DNA from: an uncultured Pseudomonadota bacterium
GTDB taxonomy: Bacteria > Myxococcota_A > Polyangia > Fen-1088
Assembly: GCA_963847705.1 (NCBI GenBank)
Contig: CAWKBC010000021.1
Location: 64,001 to 128,000, forward strand
Length of the DNA: 64,000 nt
Reading direction: 5' to 3'
Part shown: positions 1-10,034 of the stretch, piece by piece
How the letters are laid out: every line of letters begins with the position of its first letter
How positions within the stretch are numbered: position 1 is the first letter of the stretch
Made by a program: the position numbers and the translations under genes
The notes under the pieces: model-generated
Databases searched by the model: none
Told to the model about the DNA's origin: nothing
What the model saw: the letters and a program-made list of their open reading frames with translations, nothing else

Positions 1-705
1 TACGTCTGGATGGAGGCAGGGACCAACCAGTTCTCCGACACCACCTTCACCACCGACGACGATCCGTCGGCCAGCAACAGCACCAAGTCGACCGCGCATC
101 TGGTGACGCAGATGGGGGCCGCGTCGCCGGCGATCAGCTGGATGAGCTACCCGGAAGGGCTCGACAGCGGGACGGGCGCCTGCCCCGTTCACTCCTCGGG
201 CCTCTACGCCGCCAAGCACGATCCGTTCGTCTTCTTCCAGGACACGGCCGGGAGTCCCCCCTCTGCGACCAACGCCCTCTGCGCCGCGCACCATCAGGCG
301 TACAGCACGGCCGCCTTCGGTCAGGCGCTGGCCCAGGGCTCCGTCGCTCAGTACAACTTCATCGTCCCGAACGTCTGCGACGATATGCACGGCGACCCGA
401 GCTGCCCCTCGTCCGACGTGATCGCCGCGGGCGACGCCTGGCTGTCGGCGAACCTCCCGCCGATCATCAACTTCGTGAACGCGCACAACGGCGTCCTGTT
501 CATCATGTGGGACGAGCCGGAAGGGGGAGGCTCGCAGATGCCGTTCGTGGCGATCGGCCCCCAGATCAAGAGTGGGTACACCGGCCAGGTCAGCTACACC
601 CACAGCTCATTCACCAAGTCGGTCGAGGAGATCTTCGGACTGCCGATCCTGCCGACCGTGGCCGGCGCCAACGACCTCGGGGATCTGTTCCAGACCTTCC
701 CGTAG
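1..705 (+). CDS. Phosphoesterase / acid phosphatase family protein (5' end outside window)
   Basis: Motifs YAAKHDPF, FIVPNVCDDMH, FIMWDE and YTHSS are typical of the phosphoesterase (SapM/AcpA-like) family; the frame is open at the window edge. Confidence 0.8.
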   Translation, partial: YVWMEAGTNQFSDTTFTTDDDPSASNSTKSTAHLVTQMGAASPAISWMSYPEGLDSGTGACPVHSSGLYAAKHDPFVFFQDTAGSPPSATNALCAAHHQAYSTAAFGQALAQGSVAQYNFIVPNVCDDMHGDPSCPSSDVIAAGDAWLSANLPPIINFVNAHNGVLFIMWDEPEGGGSQMPFVAIGPQIKSGYTGQVSYTHSSFTKSVEEIFGLPILPTVAGANDLGDLFQTFP

Positions 706-711
706 GCCGGT

Positions 712-796
712 CCGGGGCGCCTTCGGGCGCCCCGGTGCTGGGCATGGTTTCGCCGCGCTCACCCGCTGACCCTCGCCTGAGGGCGACACCTTCCTA
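712..796 (+). repeat. Structured intergenic repeat, copy A (diverged)
   Basis: Perfect hairpin ccggggcgcc-TTCG-ggcgccccgg (712-735), then gggcatggtttcgccgcgctcacc and ggcgacaccttcctag; core shared with 6521-6594 and 57158-57234. Confidence 0.6.
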
Positions 797-2269
797 GCAG
801 CCGTCGTCGACGAAGCCGTTGCAGTCGTCGTCGATGCCGTTGCCGCAGATCTCCTTGGCGCCCGGGTGCACGTTGGGATTGCTGTCGTTGCAGTCGTCGC
901 ACCAGTTGTAGCCGTCACCGTCCGCGTCGGTGGCGGCGCCCGGGACGCCGTGCTCGCAGTCGACGAAGGTCTGCAGATAGGCGGGTCGCTTGGCGACGAT
1001 GTCGCGGGCTGTCTGCGTGGCCTGCTGGGTCTCGGCCGGGGTGGCCCAGGCGTGCGGATCGCTGGCCGCCGAGGAGGCGATCTGTTGCGACCAGGTGTCG
1101 ATCCATCCCTGGATTTGCGCCACGTTCCACTTGGGGAGCAGCGCTTCGATGGCGTCGGCGTAGTGGACGCGCTGGGCGGCGTCGCCGAGAACGATCAGCC
1201 ACTTGTCGCCCGGCGTGGGTGCCGGCTGCGCGCGGCTCGACCACCAGTAGACCGGGTGATCGGTGGCGCCCGGAAGGTCGAAGGTCGCCAGCCAGTCCAG
1301 GTCGGAATCGGTGTCCTGCGGAAGGAACACGAACCCCGCCGGCCCCTGGTCGTAGAGGTAGAAGTTGTGGTCACCGCCGTAGTAGCCGTCCGAGTCGTTG
1401 AGCAGCGCTTCGGCTCCCCAGGAGGTGAGGGAGCCCGGCACGTCGACGATCGCGGTCAGTGAGGCGAGATCCGTGGCGTTCTTGAACTGTGTGAGGCGGG
1501 CGTTGTTGGGGCTGGCAGTGTTGGTCTCCGCCTGCACCGCCCCTTTCCAGAGATCGCCGCCCGGGTTGGCGGGAAAGAACGCGCGCACCGTGCCACTCCC
1601 CACACCCTGCTCGAGGACGTAGAGGCCGTAGTAGCTGCCGTTGATGTCGAGGCGCGCGCTGGCCGAGCAGGGGGCCATGATTCCGGTCTGCCGGAGCCAG
1701 GCCTGCGAGATCCGATCGTGCATGAACGTCCAGTCGTCGCGCGGCATGTCGAAGACCAGCTTGCTGACGCCGTGGAACGAGCCCATCGGGTCGACCTGGT
1801 CGAACGACACGTCGAACTGCATCTTGGCCCGGTCGCCGTCGAGCATGACGGTCTGATCCCAGGACGACTGGCCGTGCAGCTTGATCGCGGCGTTCGTCAC
1901 CGTCTCGCCGTTGAGGTGAAAGGTGATGGGGTGATAGACGGCGAAGTCGTCGCCGCTCTCGAGGGCGGTCAGGTTGTGGAACTCGACGTTGAGTGCGGCC
2001 ATCTGATCGGCGCTGATGTCGAAGGAGTAGGTCTGCAGGCTCCCCTCGTCGAAGATGTCGGCGCAGGCGAGCGGATTCGCGGCGCCCCCATCCCCGCCGC
2101 CGCCTCCGGTGACGGCGACGCTGGAGGTGCCGGCGTCGGCCTGTTGTGAGCCGGCGCCGCCCGCGCCCGTCGGCACGAGACCTCCCACACTGGATGTCGA
2201 GCCGCCACAGCTGAAGCAGACGACCGCCCACAAAGGCAGGATCCCCCAAATGAAACGATTGAATTGCAT
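794..2269 (-). CDS. CotH-kinase family lipoprotein with C-terminal Cys/Asp-rich metal-binding repeat
   Basis: Signal peptide with lipobox-like FSC; CotH motifs KLHGQSSW, INGSYYGLY, DGY..HNFYLY, LPQDTD; C-terminal DADGDG..DCND..VHPGA.EICGNGIDDDC; gagggg RBS before ATG 2269. Confidence 0.8.
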   Translation of the reverse strand: MQFNRFIWGILPLWAVVCFSCGGSTSSVGGLVPTGAGGAGSQQADAGTSSVAVTGGGGGDGGAANPLACADIFDEGSLQTYSFDISADQMAALNVEFHNLTALESGDDFAVYHPITFHLNGETVTNAAIKLHGQSSWDQTVMLDGDRAKMQFDVSFDQVDPMGSFHGVSKLVFDMPRDDWTFMHDRISQAWLRQTGIMAPCSASARLDINGSYYGLYVLEQGVGSGTVRAFFPANPGGDLWKGAVQAETNTASPNNARLTQFKNATDLASLTAIVDVPGSLTSWGAEALLNDSDGYYGGDHNFYLYDQGPAGFVFLPQDTDSDLDWLATFDLPGATDHPVYWWSSRAQPAPTPGDKWLIVLGDAAQRVHYADAIEALLPKWNVAQIQGWIDTWSQQIASSAASDPHAWATPAETQQATQTARDIVAKRPAYLQTFVDCEHGVPGAATDADGDGYNWCDDCNDSNPNVHPGAKEICGNGIDDDCNGFVDDGC

Positions 2270-2605
2270 TTGTCCCCTCGACCGTTCGAAGAGAGCAAGC
2301 GCGGTGCCGGAACAGGACAGCGTTTCGGCGCCACCAGATCCAAGAACCGTTACGTCGCATCCGGCGCTCGCCACACCTCGGTGGCGCTCCGTAGGAAAAG
2401 CATCGGCGGTCGCCAGCAGGGTCGGGAACCGCGCGCTCTCGGCGGCATCCGACGAGCGACGTCAAACCAAAGAGTTCAATGAGTTAAGACGATGTCGCAC
2501 CAATGATTGGCTATCGCGTCATTCGTCAACGTGAAGTTACATACAGTTTTCATGAATGTGTTCGAGTGTAGATAAATGTCGGTGTATGGTGCTGTACAAA
2601 CACAC

Positions 2606-3016
2606 ATGACTACATCGCGCACATCACAGCAGATCATCGTAGGGGCTTTGGGGTTGGCGTTGGGGTTGGGGGGATGCGCTGCGAGCCAGACGACGGCGCG
2701 CGCAGAAGCCGCTGATCTCCGTGGGACGACGCGCGTGTCGACGCCGGCGCCGACGTTTCTGGTGGCGGGCCCGGTGGAGCTTCTTCACGTCAACGTCGAC
2801 AAGGAGGCGGGCGCTCGGTTCATCCGCGTTCCCAGCCACGAAGGGGTGATGCCCGATTGCGGGAGCGGCGCGCCGCTCGCGTGGAACGGCGAATCCGATC
2901 TTTTCATCCAGTCGGGCGAGTCGGTCTGCGTGACGGTCGTTCGCGACGCGCGCGTCTCCTGGCACGCCCGCCAGATGCCGGCGCAGGTCGGCTTCCAGAA
3001 CGCCAGCCTCAGATAG
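2606..3016 (+). CDS. Hypothetical lipoprotein
   Basis: Hydrophobic leader ending LGGC; follows an AT-rich divergent intergenic region. Confidence 0.6.
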   Translation: MTTSRTSQQIIVGALGLALGLGGCAASQTTARAEAADLRGTTRVSTPAPTFLVAGPVELLHVNVDKEAGARFIRVPSHEGVMPDCGSGAPLAWNGESDLFIQSGESVCVTVVRDARVSWHARQMPAQVGFQNASLR

Positions 3017-3079
3017 TCTCCCGTCGGTTTCTGGCGCGATCCGCTTCCAACCGGGAGAGAGCGGGCTTACCGTCCTGGC

Positions 3080-4726
3080 ATGCCCGTTTCGCCGCTCGCT
3101 GGAAAACCTGCGCCTGCTGACCTGCTGATCGATCCCGACCACCTTGTCGCGGCCTACTACGACCGCCGTCCCGATCCCGCGAACCCGCGCGAGCAGGTCG
3201 CCTTCGGGACCAGCGGCCACCGCGGCGCGCCCGAGGACGGCGCGTTCAACGAACAACACATCCTGACGATCACGCAGGCGATCTGCGAGCACCGCGCGCG
3301 CGTCGGGATCACCGGGCCGCTCTTTCTCGGCGCCGACACGCACGCGGCCTCGGCGCCGGCGTTGAAGACCGCGCTGGAGGTGCTGGCGGCGGCGGGCGTC
3401 GAGACGCGCGTCTCGCGCGAGGGGGACTACACCCCGACGCCGGCGCTGTCGCGCGCGATCCTCAGCCACAACGATGGGCGCAAGGACGGCCTCGCCGACG
3501 GCATCATCATCACGCCGTCGCACAACCCGCCGCGCGACGGCGGCTTCAAGTACAACCCGCCCCACGGCGGCCCGGCCGACACCGACGTCACCGACGGGAT
3601 TCAGGCGCGGGCCAACGAGCTCTTGCGCGCGCGCGCCGAGGTTCGCCGCCTGCGCTACCCGGCCGCACGCCAGGCCTCGACCACCCGCGAGCACGATTTT
3701 CTCACGCCCTACGTGGAGGATCTGGCCGGCGTGATCGACGTGGAGGCGATCGCCCACGCCAAGGTCAAGATCGGCGCCGATCCGATGGGGGGGGCCAGCG
3801 TGCAGTACTGGCCGCGCATCGCCGAGCGCTATCGGCTCGACCTGACCGTCGTCAACAAAACGGTCGATCCGCGCTTCGCGTTCATGCCGCTCGATCACGA
3901 CGGCAAGATCCGGATGGATTGCTCGAGCCCCTACGCGATGGCGAACCTGATTCATCTCAAGGACAGGTTCGCGGTCGCCTTCGGCAACGACACCGACGCC
4001 GATCGCCACGGCATCGTCACCCCGACCGGGCTCATGAATCCCAACCACTACCTGGCGGTGGCGATCGGGTACCTGTTCGCCCACCGCCCGGGATGGCCAG
4101 CGAAGGCGGCCATCGGCAAGACGCTGGTGTCGAGCACGCTCATCGATCGGGTGGCCACCAGCCTCGGACGCAAGCTGCTCGAGGTGCCGGTGGGGTTCAA
4201 GTGGTTCGTCGACGGGCTGCTCGACGGCAGCATCGGCTTCGGCGGCGAGGAGAGCGCCGGCGCCAGCTTCCTGCGCCGCGACGGCCGCGTCCATACGACG
4301 GACAAGGATGGCCTGATTCTGGATCTGCTGGCCGCCGAGATCACCGCGGTCACCGGCCGCCATCCCGGCCTGCACTACGAAGACCTGCGCGCGAAGTTCG
4401 GGACGCCGTACTACACCCGCGTCGACGCGCCGGCGTCGCCCGCCGAGAAGGAGGCGTTGAAGAAGCTCGATCCGGCCGCCGTGAAGGCCGCCACGCTGGC
4501 CGGCGATCCGATCGTCGCCAAGCTGACCCGCGCGCCCGGCAACGGCGCCTCGATCGGCGGCCTCAAGGTCGCCAGCGCCGACGGCTGGTTCGCCGCCCGC
4601 CCGTCCGGGACGGAGAACATCTACAAGATCTACGCCGAGAGTCTGAAGAGCGCCGACCACCTGGCGGCGATCCTCGAGGAGGCCCGGGCGATCGTCAGCG
4701 CGGCGCTGGCCGCCGCCGGGGCGTAG
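3080..4726 (+). CDS. pgm: Phosphoglucomutase (glucose-1,6-bisphosphate dependent)
   Basis: FGTSGHRG, catalytic TPSHNPP, metal loop [20 protein letters not shown]. Confidence 0.95.
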   Translation: MPVSPLAGKPAPADLLIDPDHLVAAYYDRRPDPANPREQVAFGTSGHRGAPEDGAFNEQHILTITQAICEHRARVGITGPLFLGADTHAASAPALKTALEVLAAAGVETRVSREGDYTPTPALSRAILSHNDGRKDGLADGIIITPSHNPPRDGGFKYNPPHGGPADTDVTDGIQARANELLRARAEVRRLRYPAARQASTTREHDFLTPYVEDLAGVIDVEAIAHAKVKIGADPMGGASVQYWPRIAERYRLDLTVVNKTVDPRFAFMPLDHDGKIRMDCSSPYAMANLIHLKDRFAVAFGNDTDADRHGIVTPTGLMNPNHYLAVAIGYLFAHRPGWPAKAAIGKTLVSSTLIDRVATSLGRKLLEVPVGFKWFVDGLLDGSIGFGGEESAGASFLRRDGRVHTTDKDGLILDLLAAEITAVTGRHPGLHYEDLRAKFGTPYYTRVDAPASPAEKEALKKLDPAAVKAATLAGDPIVAKLTRAPGNGASIGGLKVASADGWFAARPSGTENIYKIYAESLKSADHLAAILEEARAIVSAALAAAGA

Positions 4727-5083
4727 CGCCTCGTCGCGCCTTCGCCCTGATGGAGGACGCCGAGGGGCAGATCGCCGCCTGCGATCGCGAATACGATTTT
4801 TGCCCACGCAGCCGCGGCCTCGTCGCCGCGGCTGGCCGGCCGCTCCCGCCCCGGCCGCTGCTCCCCTGGCCAGGCCCGGCGCTCTGACCCAATTCAAGCG
4901 CTGCCTGATTGCTTTTCGGGAGGGCGTGGGCTCTTCTCGGCACCGGTCCGGAGGGTTCGGTCATGGGCACGCGGCTCGCACCATCGTCGAGAATGCGATT
5001 GGCAATTACGGTCGCCGTCGTGTTCGTGGGCTGCTTGTCGAGCTGAGACGGCCGACGCGGGCGACCGGCCGCGCGTGCGGCCC

Positions 5084-5839
5084 TCAGTCTTGCTGGGCTT
5101 CGAGCTGGAGCCCCGGCAGATCGACGATCACCAGAAATCCGCTCTCCCTGACGAGGATTCCGTCCCTCTCGAGCCGGCCGAGGTGCTTGTTGATGCTCTC
5201 GCGGGTCGCGCCCACCATCCGAGCCAGGTCCTCCTGTGACAATCGACGCACGATGCGGGTTCGAGACGGACCGAGCTCCTGTCCGTGAGCCGCCACCAGC
5301 CCGAGGAGGGACTTGGCGAGCCGCGCGGAGAGCGGCAGGCCGGCCAGGTCGTCGGCCCAGGCGGTCAGGCGGCGCAAACGTGACGCCAGCACCGGCAGGA
5401 ACGACACCGCGATTTGCGGGCGTTCCTCGACCAGGTTCATGAACGATTGTCGGTCGACAACGACGAGCTCGATGTCTGTGACCGCTGTCACGGTCGCAGA
5501 GGGAAGACCGCCGTCAAACAACGAAACCTCTCCAATGATCTCGGTCTCCCCGATTTCACGGAGGGTGAGAACCCGGCCATCTCGGCCAGCGACCGAGACG
5601 CTGGCACGTCCTTTGACGATGACGTAGAAAGCCTCCGCGGGGAAACCCTGCTGGACGATCTCCTCGCCCGAGACGCCGCGACGGAGGTACGCCAGACCGC
5701 AAAGGACGTTCAGTGTGGCGAGGTCGAGATGGCGGAAGAGCGGGATCCGTTGCAGGACTTCAATTGGGACGTCTGCCAAGGCGCAACGATGCTCGCACGC
5801 GGGACCCACAAAAAGCGACAAGCCTGTGAACTGATTCAT
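5084..5839 (-). CDS. Crp/Fnr family transcriptional regulator
   Basis: cNMP-binding domain (GEVSLFDG..SATV) and HTH LSQEDLARMVGATRESINKHL; start uncertain. Confidence 0.85.
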   Translation of the reverse strand: MNQFTGLSLFVGPACEHRCALADVPIEVLQRIPLFRHLDLATLNVLCGLAYLRRGVSGEEIVQQGFPAEAFYVIVKGRASVSVAGRDGRVLTLREIGETEIIGEVSLFDGGLPSATVTAVTDIELVVVDRQSFMNLVEERPQIAVSFLPVLASRLRRLTAWADDLAGLPLSARLAKSLLGLVAAHGQELGPSRTRIVRRLSQEDLARMVGATRESINKHLGRLERDGILVRESGFLVIVDLPGLQLEAQQD

Positions 5840-5888
5840 AGGGAGCCACCGTTGGCCCGGACTATTGCTGAGCTCCAGGGGGGCGCAA

Positions 5889-6510
5889 ATGCCGGTCGAC
5901 GGGGCGACAGATGAACGTTTTGGGGAGTTCTGCGGGTGGTTGACCAGGTCACAGCCTGATCTCAGGCGTCTGGCGGGGCGGCTCACGACGAGCGCAACGG
6001 ACGCGGCAGATTCTGGCGCAGGCCACCAGTCTCCGGGCGTTGGAGAAGCGGACATTGTTCGTGAGCGGCTCCTTCAATGAGCTCAAGAAGTGGCTGACGC
6101 GAATCATGTTCAACCTCCACTACGAGCGCCTGCGCGGGGCCGTGCGTGAGGTGCTGGCCGACTGGCTCGACGAGGTCCCGGCGGCCAGTGAGCCGCCGTT
6201 GCCGCTCTGGTTGACCGTGGCGGACGAAGAGGTCGACGCTGCGGTCGCGCAGCTCAACCCCACCCTGCGGGTGGTCTACGTGCTCTACACGGTCGACGGC
6301 TGTTCCTACGCCAACATCTCATCCCGGCTGCAGATCCCGTTGCCGACCGTCGCCACCAAGATCCATCGCGCGCGCGCCAGCCTGCGCCGGACGCTGACCG
6401 CGGGGAGGCAGGGAACGTCCCCGGCTGGCAAGTCCGACCCGGGCGCGCGGCGTCGGGCCGTTCAGCGCTCGTCGCGGGTTTCGACATCAGCGCGAGCAGT
6501 TCGCGCCTAG
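5889..6510 (+). CDS. ECF-type RNA polymerase sigma factor with an apparent +1 frameshift at 6009-6013
   Basis: Region 2 LRRLAGRLT..DAAD joins LAQATSLRAL..KWLTRIMFN if one T is removed from GATTC (621 nt, 207 codons); region 4 SYANISSRLQIPLPTVATKIHRAR. Confidence 0.75.
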
Positions 6511-6602
6511 GCCGCCTGAGGCCGCCTACCGGGCGGCACGTCGTCGGGCATGGTTCGCTTCGCTCACCGTCGCCTTTCGGCGACGCCCTCCTAGGCCGCC
6601 TG
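6506..6602 (+). repeat. Structured intergenic repeat, copy B, flanked by a 13-bp direct repeat
   Basis: cctaggccgcctg at 6506-6518 and 6590-6602 encloses acgtcgtcgggcatggttcgcttcgctcaccgtcgcctttcggcgacgccctcct. Confidence 0.75.
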
Positions 6603-6633
6603 GCCGACGTTCGGCGCTCGCCCGGGCGGCGGG

Positions 6634-8148
6634 CTACGGCGCTTCGAGATCGCGCAGGAGCCCCGTCATCATCTGCAGCGAGAGCACCGTCCAGGACTCC
6701 TGGTAGTAGGTGCTGCCTGCCAGGTCCGTCAGCGTGGCCACGCTGGCGTAGGCGTCGTCGCGCAGCTTCACGTAGGTCGTTCCGGTCGCCATCGCGCCCA
6801 CGCCCGCGGGCCCCACGAACGAAGCGGCGCGCGGCCCACCCGCCGTCACGAACTGCGGGTGCGGCGTGCCGTTGAGGTCGTAGCCGTCGACCATGTTGGC
6901 GACGCCGACGGACGCATAAAAGCCGGTGATCTTCTGGAGGTAGCTGAGCGCGCGCGGCTCCGCGTTCCAGCAGTAGTCCTCGCCCAGCCGGAACGGCGTC
7001 CGGCAGGAATCGAGCTGGTGGTAGAGCGGCATGCTGGTCCCGGGCGGCGTCATCGGCACGCCGGCCGGCGTCGACCAGGCGGGGACCAGGCCGTTCTGGC
7101 TGTTGCCGTTCTGCGTGTTCAGCGTGGCCGAGATGACCGTGTAGCATTCGTCGATCACCTTCTTCCAGTTGGCCACGGCGTTGGTCGCCTGCCCGAACTC
7201 GCGGTAATAAGCCGGCGCGAAGTAGGAGATGTTGATGACCGACCCGTCGGACTGGTCGCCCGAGGTCAGCACGTAAGCGTGGTTGGGGTCGACCTCGTAC
7301 TGCCAGATGAGCCCGATCTGGGTCTTCGCGGCGGCGAGATAGCTGGTCGAGAGGCTCCCCTGACCGCCCCAGCGCTTGTCGGCCATGAGCAGCGCGAAGG
7401 CCATGTCCTCGTCGCCGTCGGTCGCCGCGCCGGTGCCGAGGACCGTATTTCCGTCGGAGCTGATGTACCAGTTCATGAGGCCGTGGTTGTCCGGGAACAG
7501 CTGCTCGTACTTCCAGAGACCGTCGAAGGTCTCCTGGTCGTTGGCGTAGACCGCCAGCAACATCCCGTACCCGATCCCCTCCGAGTTGCTCGAGTCGACC
7601 TGGGCCCCCGACGAGTTCGGCCGGATCACCCGCAGGAACCCCCGCGCACCGTCGCTGACGACCAGGTCCGACTTCCATTTGTCGTAGGCGTTCGTGGCGT
7701 CGGCGACGCTGGCGCCGGTGGGCGCGGCGCACTGGCCGGTGCCCGGGATCGTGAGGGGCGCGCCGCCGCCCGAGCCCGAGCCGGCCGCGCCCCCGGCTCC
7801 ACCCCCCACCCCCGTGTTGCCGGCGCCCCCCGTCCCCGTGCTGCCGGCACCGGCCGTCCCGGTGCCGCCGCCGCTGCCTCCCGTCGAGATGCGACCGCCG
7901 GCGCCCAGGCCACCCGAACCGCCATTGACGATGCCGCCGCTTCCGGTCGCTCCGCCCGTCGCGCCCAGGGCGCCGCCGGAACCGCTGCCGCCTGTGCTCC
8001 CCCCGCCGCCAGAGCTCCCTCCCTCCCCGGTGCCGCCGGTGTTCCCGTTGCTCCGTCCGGGCGCTGAGCAGGCCGCCGCGCCGAGCGCAGCCGCGAGCAG
8101 ACACACCAGACCCTCGGCTCTACGGAAGCGTGGCGGCGGGATGGACAT
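6634..8148 (-). CDS. Glycoside hydrolase family 8 lipoprotein with long Gly/Ser/Thr linker
   Basis: Lipobox-like AAAC, G/S/T linker, GH8 motifs SEGIGYGM, AATDGDEDMAFALLMADKRWG, INISYFAPAYY; gagga RBS. Confidence 0.9.
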   Translation of the reverse strand: MSIPPPRFRRAEGLVCLLAAALGAAACSAPGRSNGNTGGTGEGGSSGGGGSTGGSGSGGALGATGGATGSGGIVNGGSGGLGAGGRISTGGSGGGTGTAGAGSTGTGGAGNTGVGGGAGGAAGSGSGGGAPLTIPGTGQCAAPTGASVADATNAYDKWKSDLVVSDGARGFLRVIRPNSSGAQVDSSNSEGIGYGMLLAVYANDQETFDGLWKYEQLFPDNHGLMNWYISSDGNTVLGTGAATDGDEDMAFALLMADKRWGGQGSLSTSYLAAAKTQIGLIWQYEVDPNHAYVLTSGDQSDGSVINISYFAPAYYREFGQATNAVANWKKVIDECYTVISATLNTQNGNSQNGLVPAWSTPAGVPMTPPGTSMPLYHQLDSCRTPFRLGEDYCWNAEPRALSYLQKITGFYASVGVANMVDGYDLNGTPHPQFVTAGGPRAASFVGPAGVGAMATGTTYVKLRDDAYASVATLTDLAGSTYYQESWTVLSLQMMTGLLRDLEAP

Positions 8149-8283
8149 GGACTTCACTCCTCGCGTGCGCGGCTCAGCAGCCCCACCGACGCCTCCGGAC
8201 CTGGCCGACACTATACGCCGGCGACGGCGTCTGGGATGCGTGGTTAAATTCCGGAACTCGCGCGACGCCGACCCGGGCCCCGT

Positions 8284-9937
8284 TCAGGGGGCGAGAGAGA
8301 ACGCCGCCAGGTTCGCGTCTTCGGCGCCGACCAGCAGCGGCGCCGCCGCGCCGACGTCGAGCAGGGTGGGGGCCAGCAGGTTGTAGGTCGCGGCCGCGTT
8401 GACCTGCACCGGGCCGCTGAAGGTCACGCCCCCGTCGCAGGTCTTGTCGACGATCACCGAATACGCGCCCCCGTCCTGGATCACGTAAGCGATCCAGAGG
8501 ACGCCCGCGGCGTCGTACAGGATCGACGGGCTGAACGGCGTGTCCACGGTCGGAACCAGGATCGGCGCGCCGAACGTGGAGCCCTCGTCTGCACTGAGCG
8601 CAACGTACAGGCTCGTCTGGTTGGCGTCGACGACGGTCGTGGTCCAGGCCATCGCGGCGGCGTTGCCCGGTCCGAGCGCGCCCGAGGGCTGGTTGTCGGT
8701 GGCCAGCGCCGGATCGATCTCGACCGGCGTCGAGAAGGTATGGCCTGCGTCGGTGCTGCACTGAACGTAGCTGTTCTCGATCGCCCCGTCCTGCACCGTG
8801 GCCGCGTAACCGATGCAGAGGCGCCCGCTTCCGTCGACGAACATGCGCGCTGACTCGATCACTTGCCCGGAGCCGAGATTTCCGCCGTTGTCGTACTCGC
8901 TCAGGTCGTCGGCGCAGTCCGCGCCGCCACGCAGGACGTCGAGGCTGCCCGTGAGCCCGTTCGCCCACCAGGTGTGGTTGGTGTCGAGGGCACCCTGCGC
9001 GAATCCGGCGCCCCGGTTGGCGTCCGACCAGACGAACATGTCCGGATGACCCTCGCCGCACCCGTCCCCGGGCGCCGCGACGACGACCGTGTTCGCAGCC
9101 GGGGAGGCGACGTCCTGGCAGGGGTACAACGTGGCGAAGGCGGTCGACAGCACCGTCGGGGTGAACGTCTGGCCGCCGTCGGTGCTGACCGTCAGGACCA
9201 AAGCTGGGTCGGACGGATCGCCCACCGACGCGGAGAGCGAGTTGGTGAGGTCGACGGTCGCGGTCGCATAGACGACGTCGGGGTTGCCGGCGTCGAGGGC
9301 GAGCGCCGGGCAGTCGATCGAATCCGCTGTCCGTCGTGTCTCCGCCCAGGATGTCGGCGTCGATCGCCGCCACGCCCGCGCCCCACGTCTTGCCGCCGTC
9401 GTCGCTGCGGGCCACCATCAGCTTGAGCTCCGTGGCTGCTTCCGGATTTTCGACCCAGGTCGCGTAGACGCGGCCTCCGCGGGCGGCGGCCAGGTGCTGA
9501 TAGATGCCGATCGCCGGGTTGCCGGACTCGCCGCTGCCGGTCGAATCGGCGACGGAAATGGGGGCGCCGGGGAAGGCGGTGGCGAGCACGAAGGGGGGCG
9601 TGGTGTCGCCGCGCGCAGGGTTGGCCTCGCTGGTGGCGGTGACGGTCGCGGTGTTGGCGGGCGCGACCGGCGCCACGGTCGGCGAGGCGTAGTGGCCCGC
9701 AGCGTCGATCGTCCCCGCGCCGGAGGCCGGCGTCATCGACCAGCTCACCGAGGCCTTCGAGGTGCCGGCGACGGTCGCCGCGAACGGCGTGGTCGTGCAG
9801 GTGAGGAGGCTGGCCGGCGTCGGCGTGACCGCCACCGTGATCGGCTCGGTGCTGGAGGAGCAGGCCGCGGAAGCGGAAAATACGAGCGCGCTCGAGAAGA
9901 CGAGGAAGCCGCGGGCTCGCACGAATCTGCTGAGCAT
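8284..9937 (-). CDS. Lipoprotein with Ig-like domain and Asp-box (BNR/sialidase-like) propeller; apparent +1 frameshift at 9320-9324
   Basis: Lipobox SAAC; Asp-boxes SDDGGKTW, STDGGQTF, STDAGHTF, SADEGSTF, TCDGGVTF are split over two frames that join if one base of GAATC is removed (551 codons). Confidence 0.75.
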
Positions 9938-10034
9938 CTGGGTTGGGATCTCCCGAGCTGAAACGGCGCATCATCGTAGAGGGGCGCCGCGCTCCTGCCC
10001 AGAGCAATCGGTCACGGATGCTGCGGGGCCGCAC

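Noticed and set aside
2624-4897. Long antisense and alternate-frame ORFs (757 aa here; also 21068-23821, 37788-40451, 58266-60386)
   Set aside because: Shadow frames of real high-GC genes; Arg/Pro/Gly-rich with no family motifs. Only the last 51 codons of 58266-60386 are kept as a gene.
5636-5652. Box-like gcggggaaaccctgct inside crp
   Set aside because: Lies in coding sequence, lacks the TAC/GAC end and has no suitable target gene
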